DNA of 64,000 nt from Eledone cirrhosa (GCA_964016885.1 OZ024744.1:94054001-94118000), one strand, 5' to 3'; shown: positions 12,249-25,160, numbered from the stretch's first letter. The notes: generated from the letters alone by a model not told the origin. Translations and numbers: made by a program.

Positions 12249-12448
12249 CCGTATATACTCAAATGTAAATCGAACCCACTCACCCCACCCACATTTTATG
12301 TCTGAGAAATAGGGGAATATCCAAACTCAGTTTAAAAACCCAAGCAGCTAATCAAAATATTGTTTAGATGATGTATATAAACCAATCTCCCATTTTGCCA
12401 TCGATTTTTTGGTAACATATTCCTCGGCTTATATTCCAGTATATACAG
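12249..12448. mobile_element. Tc1/mariner-superfamily (Tc2/pogo-like) MITE
   Basis: TA-flanked imperfect TIRs CCGTATATACTCAAATGTAAATCGA / TCGGCTTATATTCCAGTATATACAG. Confidence 0.6.
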
Positions 12449-12612
12449 TATGTTATATTCGAACATAGCTTACTAAAAGATTCTTGCGTAAAATCATGAC
12501 AAGAGTTATTTAGATAAATACTAGCAGAGGTACCCAGCGTTGCCCAGTATAACTCTCAATGGAGAAGTCGGTCAAATGAACCAAAAGACTTCCGTTAAAC
12601 ACGACTATAGAA

Positions 12613-12897
12613 GTAACAATTTATAGTTGGTGGCCCTGAAGAGGACCTTTGAACGTTTACTTTGAAATATCTCAGTGGCGGTGCTGCCAGCAAAGACGAC
12701 TCCGATGGTAACAATTTATAGTTGGTGGCCCTAAAAAGGACCTTTTAACATTCACTTTGAAATATCTCAGCGGCGGTGCTGCCAGCAAAGACGACTCCGA
12801 TGGTAACAATTTAAAGTTGGTGGCCCTGAAGAGGGCCTTGGATCGTTCACTCTTAAAAGTCTCAGTGGCAGAGCTGTCAGCAAAGATGACACCCATT
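12613..12897. repeat. Three 95-bp tandem units in the Helitron 3' region
   Basis: GTAACAATTTA.AGTTGGTGGCCCT starts at 12613, 12708 and 12803. Confidence 0.9.
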
Positions 12898-13281
12898 AGA
12901 GGTAGCCGCCCTTAAGAAGTCCTTAACACCACTTTGGTGTGTCGTATTTGCTTTGCTTGTTATTTGAGATTGTAACCTAGAAAAGCATGTCACAGTCGGT
13001 GGCCACAAAAACGCCCTTGGCAAGATCATGCTGGAATGTCAAAAAAATGTGTAAATAAGATGTAGGGGAAAGTAGATCAATTAGGTTAAAACTACGGAAC
13101 ATCGATAGCAAAGCGTAATAGCAACATATAAATGCGGAAAACGGAGACATTGAACATTTATAACGTATAGCAAAAGCAGCCTCAGAGGCGTATGTGGTAC
13201 AGCAAATGTAAGCACTTATACAGAAAAAAAAACAGCGATTACTTGTTGGCAGATGGGGTGCCTACATAACTTCTTTATAGA

Positions 13282-16200
13282 CTATATTTGGGTTTTCTCG
13301 CGAGTTGCAAAAGCAAATAGGTTATGTCGGCTCCCCACTCGAGAGCAGCCAACATATAGTTGACCATGGGAGAAGAACGGTTCTTCTAAATTAAGCCCTA
13401 CGACCGTCAGCGTCTGACCCTGTGATTTGTTAATCGACATGGCGAAACTGAGTCGGAGAGGGAATTGCAGCCTTCTGAATGTGAAAGGAATGTTTTTACC
13501 GGATGGAATGAGAGGTATCCTTGGTATGAAGACAGTATCCCCCTTACCACATCCTGTAAGTATTGTTGCCTCAATAACATGAGGCACTGCCTTTTGGACG
13601 ACCAGACGCGTGCTGTTTAAAAGCCTTCGGGGTTCCAAATTCCTGAGGAGCATGACAGGGACACCTTTCTTAAGTCGCAGTAAGTGTGATGGCAATCCGG
13701 GAGGGTCTAGGGAGTTAAGAAATTCTGTGGGGTAATTAACAACTTCGTCTGGATCAGCCATAGAATCAAGGGACTTGTAGACATGCAGGTTTCCAAGCAA
13801 GCACAGCATGAGCTGTTCATTGATGTTTCCAGCTATGTGGTTTTTTGAAGCCAATATTGCGCGTTCACACAACCACTCTTGATTTGTGTAGTTCTCCTCA
13901 AGATTAGGAAAATGAGACGTCCGTAACTCAGCAATTGACTTAATGCATCTACAAATCCCTGTGAGGTCCGCTGCACCATCTCCGTTGAGTGGGACTTTGC
14001 CATCTCCCAACGGCAAAATGGCAGCAGCAAAACCTGCTGATGTTTCATCACCTTGCAGTTGTGCTCTCATGTTTGTTGTAAGTGTCAGCTTTCTTACATA
14101 ACGCCAATGTGGGGATTCCTTAAGGGATTACAGCCAGAGTCTGTCGGAAGTCCCCAGATAACAGGAAAGTGACACCTCCCATTGGTTCTTGACAGTCCCT
14201 GATGCCTCTGAGTGACCGGTCTAATGCCTCGAAAGCCGCCTTGTGGGCCATTGTGCATTTGTCCCAAACAATTAGTAGGCAACGCTTTAACACCAGTGCT
14301 TTTCCAGAAGACTTGCTGATGTTGCACGTGGGTGTCTCAGATGATGCCACGTTGAGAGGAAGACTGAAGGCAGAATGGGCCGTCCTGCCACCAGGCAGCA
14401 AAGTTGCTGCAATGCCGGAAGAAGCCACGGCCAATGCGATGTTTCCATGTTGCCTCACTGCAGCGATTAAAAGTTGATTACAAATGTTTTGCCCGTGCCT
14501 CCAGGTGCCTCCAGGAAGAATATACCCCCCCCCCTCCCCGATTACGGATGGAATCAACAACAATGTTGTAGGCTTGTTTTTGATCCATTAGAAGTTTTGG
14601 TTCATTTTCTTCAACATATCTTTTGAGTTCATCGACATCATATGACGTTTCACGTATAATGTCGCTGGGAATGTCAGATGGCGCATCTCGATGTGCTTGC
14701 GGAAGCCCATATTTCTCCAAGACATCTCCACCCATTGAAGCCACTCTGTCTTCAATATCGATCAGAGCTCTGTTATATATAGCGTCTGAAAAGCCGACAT
14801 CTAAGTTTGGAGATTGCAATTGAGCGAGATGCCTATATTCGTCTGCGAAATTATCTTTAAACTTTTGCCATAAAGAGTAAGGATCGCTCAATTCACAGAC
14901 TTCAAGCAGGCTTCCCTGTACGTTCCGCAGATGTATCCATTGACCGTTCTCAGATGAGTGAAGGTGGTCGGCCCTCTCACCTCATGAAGCAGAAGTCGCA
15001 GGTAGAAGCATTCGTGTTGGGTAGGGTGGACCGTATAAACTCGCCCAAGGCAATAGTCGAATTTGATGCCTGGATATCCAACCACCTCTTGCCCTACCTT
15101 CCATCGTAGCCATTTTGTCTGATTCCATGTATAGTAAGACGGTATTTCAGAATACAGCAGAGTTCGAGCGAAGTTGTCGTGTTGACAAAGATTGAAAAAA
15201 GCAGTGAGTGTAGTTTCCTTTGGTGAGATCGCTAGCTGAGCAGCTGTTGCATCGTTGAAATACACCCGTTGACCGTTTTCAAGGTGAATGGCAAGTTAAT
15301 GACGGGGTGTCGTTGGTGCAGTGGGAAGCCAAAAAGGCTCCAAAAGGCTTCATTGCTGCTAATGTATCGGCCTGCTTGGTAGTCAGATACCTCGTCTCTA
15401 CTGTTTTCATGACGAAGACCAAAGACGGCAGCATCCAATCCCTTGTTTATGTACTTACAAACGTATTTAATTGATTTTACTGAGTTTCATAATTCGACGT
15501 TTATATGGGCGTTGAACGCTTTCAAGAGGAGGGGGCAATATGGCACTATACAGCTGTTGTTGAATTCGCGTTCGCCAACCTTTGCTGTGAACCCACCGTC
15601 TTCAGGTCTCCTGCACCTATACAATGGATATCTGTCACCGCCAGTCTGTGTTTCCTGTAAAAACGGCCTGGGATATCATTTTGTACACTTTCCATCGTGT
15701 ATGCACGGGGACGTCATATTGAGTCCATGTCCGCAAGGACCATGGACCATGTTTGATTGACTATAGAGAAGAGGTCCTGGTCAATCTACGGATCAGGTAG
15801 TTCGGCAGAAATGAATTTGTCGATGTAGTTTGAACTGATTTTTGTAACCAACCAAATCAAGATATGGGCATGCGGCAGCCCTCGTTTCTGCCATTCAACC
15901 GTGTACATGTCGCACCTGACAGGCCTAAAAACCTCTCTTTTCTTTAATAAATCAATTAATTTGGATAATTTCAGGCGAAACACTCATAGTGCTGTCTCAG
16001 TGCTTTAGAATGATATTTGTCTTGTTGTGCTGTTCACCACAAATAACTGCAGCAATCTCATTGCATGTTGGTGTGTTGAACCGACCAGCATGTTCTCCAG
16101 ATGGCCTTCGGTCAGCATGTATGACCACACTAAAGTTTGGGTTGGTAGCTGTTTCCAAAGCGTACTTGAAACTACGAACATAGCTGTTTTTGTCATGAAG

Positions 16201-16640
16201 CATTTTTTGAAGTTTTATTATGGTTTCAATGTTGGTTTCGGACGAAATAGAGTTTCTCATCTCTGCCTGCTCCTGATAGTTTCCAACGAAGTATAACTGA
16301 AGAAATTGAGGATCCTTTTCTGCCAGAGGCTGAATAGACCCAATCAAGTGTAGATCTGCCCCTGGACCTTGAAAGTTGGCATGAACCCACGTTCCGAGGC
16401 AAGCTTTGCTCCAAAGGATGTCATCTGAAACGCGGAATTGTAGCGGTGGATATTACGCAGAAACTTCCTCTGCTCTTGCAGCTGCGCTCTGCACAGCATT
16501 CTGTGAGAGCCTGATCGCAGTCGCATTTACATCTTCGGTGAAACGCCTTCGTTTAGACCTTCTTGCATCATTAAATAATCGACCAATGAAAGTTCCTTTC
16601 TTGTGGGGGGCATTGTTTTTAGAAAATTGACCAAGGAGAA
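13282..16640 (-). pseudogene. Helitron Rep-helicase pseudogene
   Basis: Fragments with EWQKRGLPHAHIL (HUH), ASSGIAATLLPGGRTAHS, GDFRQ, QFPLRLSFAMSINKSQGQT and HGQLYVGCSRV. Many stops and frameshifts. Confidence 0.92.
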
Positions 16641-18556
16641 CGATAAATAGTGGACAAATAGCGTTTAAGTAAGCAAATCTAAACACGGATATAAATTGTG
16701 GAAAAATGTGATAAATCTATGTCAGAAAAAGTGGGTATGTTTTGCAAGATTTTGTGTACCAGTCAAATTTCAGGTATTAATTTAGGGGCAATGCAGCGTA
16801 CGGACTACCTGTGATAAAGGAAATTAAATAGTGTGGCTACAGTAGTAGGTATATAAGTGTCAGTATGTTGGTTCAGTTAGAACATAGCAATAAGTAAGTA
16901 CTGATCATTGAAAGGATACAGGCAAAAATGACCGAAAAATCACAGCATGATAAACTGGAACCTTATGACCATAAACACATTAACTAAACCTCCTTTAAGG
17001 TGACAAATGTTGAAGAAGCATGCGTTTCAGAAACATGGGGTAGCTTATGAGAGTACGCATGTAAAGAAACCTACCACTTGTCAGAAGCCAAAAAAGAAGT
17101 GTGATCCTAGGTCAGACTTGACCGATATAAATAGGAGTGATTTCGCTCAATGAACAACACTCGAGTTGTCTGATTGCTGAGATAATACAAATAAGTGTGA
17201 TGAAATCTACTGAACACAACTCACTGATGTGTGGTTGGCCAGAGGTCACCATTTCGCACTTACTTGAGGTGCAATTAAATGGGGGAGACAACCGGGTGCA
17301 AAAACTAATCAATCATTTGCACAGTTTAGGCATGAGTGTGAAATAGCACAATCCACATAGAGATGGCGTTAAAATTTACACCTGGGTTAAATCGCGCTTT
17401 CTTGGTTAGGAGAGTGAAATGACGCCAAAGTTCGAGGAAAAGAATTTAACTCCCCGTTCCACACTTAATTGTGGTGCAATTACACGGGGGAGACAACCGG
17501 GTGCAAAATTAAATTCAATCATCCTAAAGTTAACTAAACAAACTAAAGTTAAGTCAGAGGGATTTAAAAATTCGCTACTCCATTTGTAGAACATGAGTAA
17601 CCAATGCATCAACTTTCGTTTAAATTGACTTTTATTTCCAGAAGTTGAAATGCTTTGCTGCAACCATAATATGAACTTTAAAAGTGGTCCAAAGGGGCTC
17701 ACTGCCCTCCCTAGGGGGTTCCCTTGCAAAATTCAAGTGATAACCATTTTGTTTAGTTTTTGTAAAAATCAAGTATAAACTCCCGAGGTTATGGTGCTTT
17801 TTTTTATTGTGGCAGTTGGAGCTTTTATAGGTTAATGAACTGGGCTCATTGTCCCCGAGAGGGTCCTCTTGCTGAATTGAAATGAAAGTAAATGTGCCTC
17901 ACTGTATCTTCATCTGTAGTACATGAATAACAACTAAGTCGAAACTCATTTTATTGGACTACCAATTATGGAAGCTATGACGCTTTGCTGCATTACAATA
18001 GCCAAATTCAATAAATGACTCGCTGGGGCCCACTGCCACCTGGGGGGGGGGGGGGGGGGGGGGGGCTTGTTCCAGGTATAGACGTCTTATGTCTATATAT
18101 GTCTTCAACATCATCTTTAGACAATGGGTAACCAATATGTCCGGTAAAGTTAAAATCAAACGTAAACTTCAAAAGTTATCAGGTACTAATACAGTGTTAA
18201 TATGAACTTCAATAGATAAGTCAAAGGGGCTTAGTGCCCCCCCCCCCCGTGTCCCCTTCCTTTATAAGCTATGGGTAACCAATACATCTCGCTTCGTGAA
18301 ACCCAAACACCAACTCAAGCAGGTATGACGTTTTGTTGCATTAATGATATCAACTTCAACAATCCTCAAGTCGGTTTACTGCCCCCCAAGGGGTCCCCCC
18401 CCCCCTACCTGAATTTCTGCGAAAGTTTATTTGTAGGCCATAAGATAACAAAAGATTAATTTTGGTGAAGATGAGAGGCAAACTGCAGGAATTATGGGGC
18501 CTTTATGTAGTAGTACTGCTGACTCCAAGCAAGAGGCTTAAGGGGGTTATCCGCCC

Positions 18557-18591
<35 letters not shown>

Positions 18592-18741
18592 CCACACAAT
18601 CGATGTACGGAAAAATAAAATAGCCTACGACGCATAATAGGACTTCAGAAACCTATGTATGAAATTTGGTGCAAATCGGTTGTAAAATGTAGAAATGCAT
18701 GCGGTTACACAGACAGACATCTTCTGTTTTATATATATTGG

Positions 18742-19350
18742 CTAGCAGAATGGCCCGGCGTTGTTCGAGATTTGCTCTAGGGTTCTTATATATTTGATAT
18801 ATATTTATCCTTATCGAGTCTCGTGAAATAAATAGGTTTGTTTATATTTTGTGTATGCAAAAATATCTGTACACAAATATATAATTATATATATATATTA
18901 AAATAACAGATTAAAGTTTAATCAAAGAATCGCTGCTTTCACCCTTAACGGGATCTTCTGAAACTAAAAAAATCAATCTGTGAACGCAGAAGTAAATATT
19001 TCGAAAAACGTTACACACTATATATATACACACACTATATATACATATATACACACACATATAGCGTCATAATGTCGTAATACAGTCAGCCAGACATACA
19101 GACAGATATTATAAGGGCGCAACTTTATATCTATGTATCTATCTAAAAAGAAAGACTAAGAATTATAGAGAGAGATCGCTAAATAGCCTAATTTGGTCCC
19201 TAGGACATAGAAAATTTGAAAATTTGAAAATTTGTTCAAAAACACTCACACGACCATAAGTATTACATGTGTTAAGTTTGAAAACAATCGATTGCGTGAT
19301 TCTCAAGTTTTAGGGAGTCAGACAGACATTCTCTGTTTTAGATATATAGA
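18742..19350 (-). mobile_element. Short non-autonomous Helitron abutting the 5' end of copy 2
   Basis: CTAG at 18742 with a degenerate CCCGGCGTTG hairpin. 5' A|TCTATATATCTAAAACAGAGAATGTCTGTC at 19350. Confidence 0.75.
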
Positions 19351-19889
19351 TAAACACTTTAACATTTTCATAACCATATTTGGAGGGATTTAGTAATATA
19401 AGTAACTTTCTCTTTATTAAGCTGGTATTTGGAACATATCTTAACAAAGTTCCTGTCAAAATTTTATAAATTAAGACAGGAAGTTTTTAGATAAAAATAA
19501 AAGGGTCTTGTAGCCCAGCACCAGGGACAGTTTCAGTGGTTTGGTATCAAAAGAAGCTGTCCATCAATCCCATACCCCTGCAGAACTTTCCACATCAACT
19601 CCCATGGAATGTGGTCATATACCATTTTGTGGTCTACAAAACAAGCATATGCCACTTAGTAATACTTCCACGATTTCACAACCTGCTGCAGTGTGAATAT
19701 TTGATTGGCTGTGCTGCATCCAAGGTGAAAACCACACTATTCATCAGCCAGCTTGACTCAACAATATCCCTACATCTCTTTGCCAGACATTTAACATAGA
19801 CTTTACTAGAGATCTAATCTAATCTAATCTGGCCGAGTTTACACTCACAAATAAAAAGAACCAGGACCGCCCCTAGGAGCATTGGATTT

Positions 19890-20220
19890 GGTGTACTTCA
19901 TATTTGTTTCTGTTGCTGAATACAATCAGGGGTCACTGCTTCTCCTGAAGGTCAATAGTTCTCTTCTAACTCAATCGGGAGTGCCTTTCCATTGTCAATT
20001 TGCAGTGATCATCTGCAAAGCCACATTGTTCTCAGAACCACTACACCAGTCTGTCGATGCGTGCAGCTGGAACTACTGCCAACCATTGATTTGGCAGGAT
20101 TGCAACTCATTTCTACAGCTGAGTAAACTGGAGCAACGTGAAATGAAGTGTCTTGCTTAAGGACACAACACATCACCCGATTGCAAGCCCAATGCTCTAA
20201 CCACTAAGCCATGCGCCTTC
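19890..20220 (-). mobile_element. tRNA/CORE-like SINE
   Basis: Minus strand GGCGCATGGCTTAGTGGTTAGAGC head and CCTTAAGCAAGACACTTCATTTCACGTTGCTCCAG core. Confidence 0.7.
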
Positions 20221-20720
20221 CCCTTTTTTAATGAGGAGATCGCTCTATAATTGTAACAATCTCTCTTGTCTCTCTTTTTGAAAAGGGCTTTTAATATCTT
20301 GGAATGAATTTCGTCCTCCTCAGAAGGCTTGCCACATTTGAGCTATTTAATTGTTCTTGTGACCTCAGCCTTAGAGAGGTTAGTCCTCACTTCCAGAAGC
20401 ACCTCATGTACTTCAGAAGATGCAACTGTGACCATAAATAAGACCACCAAAACACTGTACTATGGCCAGAAACAATAAAGGCATCCACACCACATTGTCC
20501 TTTGCATGTGATAACAAGGGATGCATTCAAGCCTGTTCGAAAAACATATTGCCATCCCCATCTAACGGTGCAAGAACTGTGACCTGTTCTGGGAGGTATG
20601 AGATGGACACACATAGGTTACGTATGCCAAAACCTCAGAAAGGATCTGGAAGGGAGCAAACCTTGACAATTGGTAACTCTAAATAAACTAGAGGCAGAAA
20701 AAAAAAACATAAATTCTTAC

Positions 20721-20746
20721 CTGAGTCTTGAAATATATGAGATTTA
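20721..20746 (-). CDS. EIF2AK4: 26-bp microexon of the GCN2-like gene
   Basis: ttttctttttctaattgcag|TAAATCTCATATATTTCAAGACTCAG|gtaaga, phase 2-1. Exactly bridges the phases of the flanking exons; reads KSHIFQDS. Confidence 0.72.
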
Positions 20747-20925
20747 CTGCAATTAGAAAAAGAAAATTTCATTAAAAATTTTTAATATGATAATTTTTAT
20801 AGAATAGTCTAATTCAAAAATAAAATATACTCAAATGTTAACAGCAGCTTTACTAGTGGACAGCTCAATATTTTGCCAATTTTCACCAACTTCAAATTCT
20901 ATGTAAATGAGGTTCTAAAATATTT

Positions 20926-22386
20926 TTACTTTGGAGGTTTATATTACACCAGTTTCACTTTGGAGGTGTATATTACATCAGTTTCACTTTGGAGGGGAAC
21001 ATTACACCAGTTTCACTTTGGAGGTGTATATTACATCAGTTTCACTTTGGAGGGGAACATTACACCAGTTTCACTTTGGAGGGGAACATTACACCAGTTT
21101 CACTTTGGAGGTGTATATTACATCAGTTTCACTTTGGAGGGGAACATTACACCAGTTTCACTTTGGAGGGGAACATTACACCAGTTTCACTTTGGAGGTG
21201 TATATTACATCAGTTTCACTTTGGAGGGGAACATTACACCAGTTTCACTTTGGAGGGGAACATTACACCAGTTTCACTTTGGAGGTGTATATTACATCAG
21301 TTTCACTTTGGAGGGGAACATTACACCAGTTTCACTTTGGAGGGGAACATTACATCAGTTTCACTTTGGAGGGGAACATTACACCAGTTTCACTTTGGAG
21401 GTGTATATTACATCAGTTTCACTTTGGAGGGGAACATTACACCAGTTTCACTTTGGAGGTGTATATTACACCAGTTTCACTTTGGAGGTGTATATTACAC
21501 CAGTTTCACTTTGGAGGGGAACATTACACCAGTTTCACTTTGGAGGGGAACATTACACCAGTTTCACTTTGGAGGTGTATATTACATCAGTTTCACTTTG
21601 GAGGGGAACATTACACCAGTTTCACTTTGGAGGTGTATATTACATCAGTTTCACTTTGGAGGGGAACATTACACCAGTTTCACTTTGGAGGTGTATATTA
21701 CACCAGTTTCACTTTGGAGGTGTATATTACATCAGTTTCACTTTGGAGGGGAACATTACACCAGTTTCACTTTGGAGGTGTATATTACATCAGTTTCACT
21801 TTGGAGGGGAACATTACACCAGTTTCACTTTGGAGGTGTATATTACATCAGTTTCACTTTGGAGGGGAACATTACACCAGTTTCACTTTGGAGGGGAACA
21901 TTACATCAGTTTCACTTTGGAGGTGTATATTACATCAGTTTCACTTTGGAGGTGTATATTACACCAGTTTCACTTTGGAGGTGTATATTACACCAGTTTC
22001 ACTTTGGAGGTGTATATTACATCAGTTTCACTTTGAGGGGAATATTACACCAGTTTCACTTTGGAGGTGTATATTACACCAGTTTCACTTTGGAGGTGTA
22101 TATTACACCAGTTTCACTTTGGAGGGGAACATTACACCAGTTTCACTTTGGAGGGGAACATTACATCAGTTTCACTTTGGAGGTGTATATTACACCAGTT
22201 TCACTTTGGAGGTGTATATTACACCAGTTTCACTTTGGAGGTGTATATTACATCAGTTTCACTTTGAGGGGAATATTACACCAGTTTTACTTTGAGGGGA
22301 ATATTACACCAGTTTTACTTTGGGGGGGAATATTACATCAGTTTCACTTTGGAGGGGAACATTACACCAGTTTTACTTTGGAGGTG
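20926..22386. repeat. 29-bp minisatellite, ~50 copies
   Basis: CAGTTTCACTTTGGAGG(GGAAC/TGTAT)ATTACA(C/T), contiguous with no spacers. Confidence 0.97.
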
Positions 22387-23190
22387 GAATTTGTTTTTCA
22401 AGTTTTGAATGAATACGGCCTTCAAAACGGTCAGGGATTGATAAAAAAATCATTACATAATGGAGTTGTGAAACATAAACTATACTATAAATGATAATTA
22501 AAACATTTTAAATATCAAAATATTAAAACTTTATAAATATATTCTCCATTCATGAGAATTTCAAAACCAAAGCATTTAAACCTTGCCTCGGCTTCTAAAT
22601 CGAGTTTGGATTTTTGCCCAAAGCGTATATGTAGTGTTTTATTTAATGTTTAATTTTTATACACATTGTTTGGCTTTCCAATCATCTACGTTTTTATTGT
22701 ATGTAAACTTCCCCCTTTGTATTTGTCCCCTTCTTTTGTGCCCCTGTGGCTAATAAAGAAATATATCTATATACTACTAAAACTCTGTGATTGTGTGCTT
22801 GTCTGCAATTTAATACAGCAAAAATGGCACATAATGGGAAAATACTTTGAAAAGAAGTTGCTCCTGAAATGGGAACACAAATGGAATAAAACAAGTTACG
22901 CGTAAATTGGGGGCACGGGTTCCCGAGATACAGGGTTCTTCTGGGTACCTTCATAAACAGAGAAAGGGAAAGATAGAGAGAAAGAGATAGTGGTTGTGAG
23001 AAAGTAGATTGAAAGAGAGACATAGAGAGAGAGATATGAGACAGAGAAGGAAAATGAAAGAGAGAGAGCTGTAAAAATTATTTTTAAGTGAACATGATTT
23101 TAAAAAATATATTTTTAAGTGAACATGACCCAATGGGTCACGGGTATAATTTAAAACTATTATAAAAAAACAATTTTAATCCATACATAC

Positions 23191-23273
23191 TTTTTTCTAT
23201 CTTCTTTTATTTTATCTTCGCTCTGTACCAACAATTTATCATCCTCCATATTTAGCTTCGTTTGTGCTTCAGG
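23191..23273 (-). CDS. EIF2AK4: Charged-linker exon of the GCN2-like gene
   Basis: gattttag|CCT..AAAA|gtatgt, 83 bp, phase 0-2. Translates PEAQTKLNMEDDKLLVQSEDKIKEDRK. Confidence 0.7.
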
Positions 23274-23309
23274 CTAAAATCAAAAGAAAGAAGAATAATA
23301 TATTGATAT

Positions 23310-23458
23310 AATATAAATTTAAATAATTTTGAAAACCATACAATGCATTAGAAAATTAAAGATGCTGAGATAACAATAAGGTAAAAGTCTATTGTTTTCT
23401 CAGCACCTTTAATTTTCTAATGCATTGTATGGTTTTCAAAATTATTTAAATTTATATT
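23310..23458. repeat. Fold-back inverted repeat (~61-bp arms, 27-bp spacer)
   Basis: AATATAAATTTAAATAATTTTGAAAACCATACAATGCATTAG.. and its reverse complement at 23398-23458. Confidence 0.9.
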
Positions 23459-23639
23459 TCCTATTCAACAACGCTTCAAGCAAACACTCTGTTATTGATA
23501 TAATGTCTTACTGTACTGTATGGTAGTAACGTTCATAACAAATTAATAACAATATTAGCAAGATGTACTGAAAATTCATAAAATTCATAAAATCTGTGTA
23601 ATTCAATTCTGTCTTATTCAACTGGCACGCAGCTGGATA

Positions 23640-24290
23640 ATGGTTGCCTGCATACGGGAGTTTCACTGAGGCTCGGACTCCGGATCTGTGAGCCACACAA
23701 ATGTCACTGTGGATCCACCATAGAATCTTTCAGCCTCCACCCGCTTTCCTGTTGCTACAGTGTCAGCCACCTTCCACACCATGCTGTTCTCAAAGAGGCC
23801 ATAGAGCATGGCTTGAAGGCTGCAGGTTTTCCCTCTCAGCTCGAGCCAGTGAGGCTGGACCAAGGGGATGACAAACCGCCAGATGGCATGACCATCTTCC
23901 CGTTCCGCGATGGTAAACCTATTGTCTGGAATGCCACATGCAGTGACACACTCTCCAGTGGCAACCTGGTGCAGTCTGCGACTAACCAAGGCATTGCTGC
24001 ACTTCATGCTGAAGAGAGCAAACTCTCCAAGTATTGGTCGCTCTCCAACAGGTTTGCAGTCGAGCCCCTAGCAGTGGAGACTTCTGGTGTCCTTGGCCAT
24101 AGGGCCACCTCCCTACTCATAACCATAAGCGCAGAGTTGGCTACCCGCAGGTGTGAGCCTCGCAAGCTGGAATGCCTTTTCCAGCACATCTCCCTCACCT
24201 TCCTCCGGGTAAATGCCTTCTCTATTCTGCCTGCCGGGCCCATGGGGCAGCCAGCGCGTAGGACCTCATTTAACTCATAATAGTGAGAGA
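23640..24290 (+). mobile_element. 3' fragment of a CRE-clade non-LTR retrotransposon (zinc finger plus restriction-like endonuclease)
   Basis: HKCHCG..H..SC zinc finger, then LEP..D.KPPDGMT..P..G..VWNAT..DT..AE.SK..KY..F..PLAVETSG..G..FQHISL..RVNA, the characteristic CRE C-terminus. Confidence 0.8.
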
Positions 24291-24409
24291 TCGGGAGATC
24301 GGGAGATAGTGAGGCAATGAGAATGGGAGTTTGGTTCCTCGGTGTTCGAACCAATTTATCACTAGTTAGAATAGTGACCTTTTTTTGCTAACTATATATT
24401 ATTATTATT

Positions 24410-24595
24410 TTGGCAGTATCGGTAGAGGGTCGGACACCATGCTTTGCAGCATAGAGTTACGGCACATTATATTCTGAGTTCAAATCCCGCCGAGGTTAAC
24501 TTTGCCTTTCATCCTTACGGGGGTCGATAAAATAAAGTACCAGTAATACACTGGGATAATTGCTGGCCTTGTGCCAAAAGTAGAAACAATTATTA
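24410..24595 (+). mobile_element. tRNA-derived SINE
   Basis: A/B boxes, body TTTGCCTTTCATCCTTACGGGGGTCGATAAAATAAAGTACCAG and the same tail as 3307-3418 and 6414-6490. Confidence 0.8.
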
Positions 24596-24884
24596 TTGTT
24601 GTTGTTGTAGTTGCTACGAGTGGAGGGAAGCTGTGGTGGAAATGACCCAGCCAACACATGCAAGCATGAAAAAAAACCAGGCGTTAAATGATGATGGTGT
24701 TGTTGATGATGTTGTTGTAGCTTATTCGGGTGATTATCTACCAACCTAATATTATTTCTCTCTAATAATAAAACTACATGTCTTTTTTAATATATTCTGA
24801 GTATGTATAATGTGCATAAATATGTGTAAGTATTTGTATGAAAGGATGTCTATCTGTATATGTATGTGTGTGTATCTAGTGTCT

Positions 24885-25160
24885 AAGTCTAAAGCCTGTC
24901 TCAAGTCCAGAAACTCACCAGGCCAGTGTTTATCCCAGTTTCCATGGCGTTAAGCAACTGAGTGTACAATACCCACCCCTGGACAGGATGCCAGTCCATC
25001 GCAGCGATTTCTGATACTCATTTTCAGTTGAGTATACAGGAGCAACATGAAATGAAGTGTTTTGCTCAAGAACACAACACACTACCCAGTCCAGGAATTG
25101 AACTCACAACATTATGGTCATAAGTCCAACACCCTTACCACTAGGCCATGTGCTTCCATG
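24885..25160 (-). mobile_element. tRNA/CORE-like SINE
   Basis: Minus strand GCACATGGCCTAGTGGTAAGG..GAGTTCAATTCC..CTTGAGCAAAACACTTCATTTCATGTTGCTCC. Confidence 0.75.

Larger units (their letters stand above)
12521..18738 (-). mobile_element. Helitron copy 2, both ends present, internally deleted
   Basis: 3' end on the minus strand CTGGGCAACGCTGGGTACCTCTG-CTAG|T at 12521. 5' (CAGA)n terminus near 18738. Rep HUH motif and PIF1-type helicase fragments inside. Confidence 0.92.

Noticed and set aside
20873-22494. Long ORFs (387-501 aa) in all three plus frames, and a CRISPR-like appearance
   Set aside because: These are translations of a stop-free 29-bp minisatellite. Units are contiguous with no unique spacers and there are no cas genes; the context is eukaryotic.
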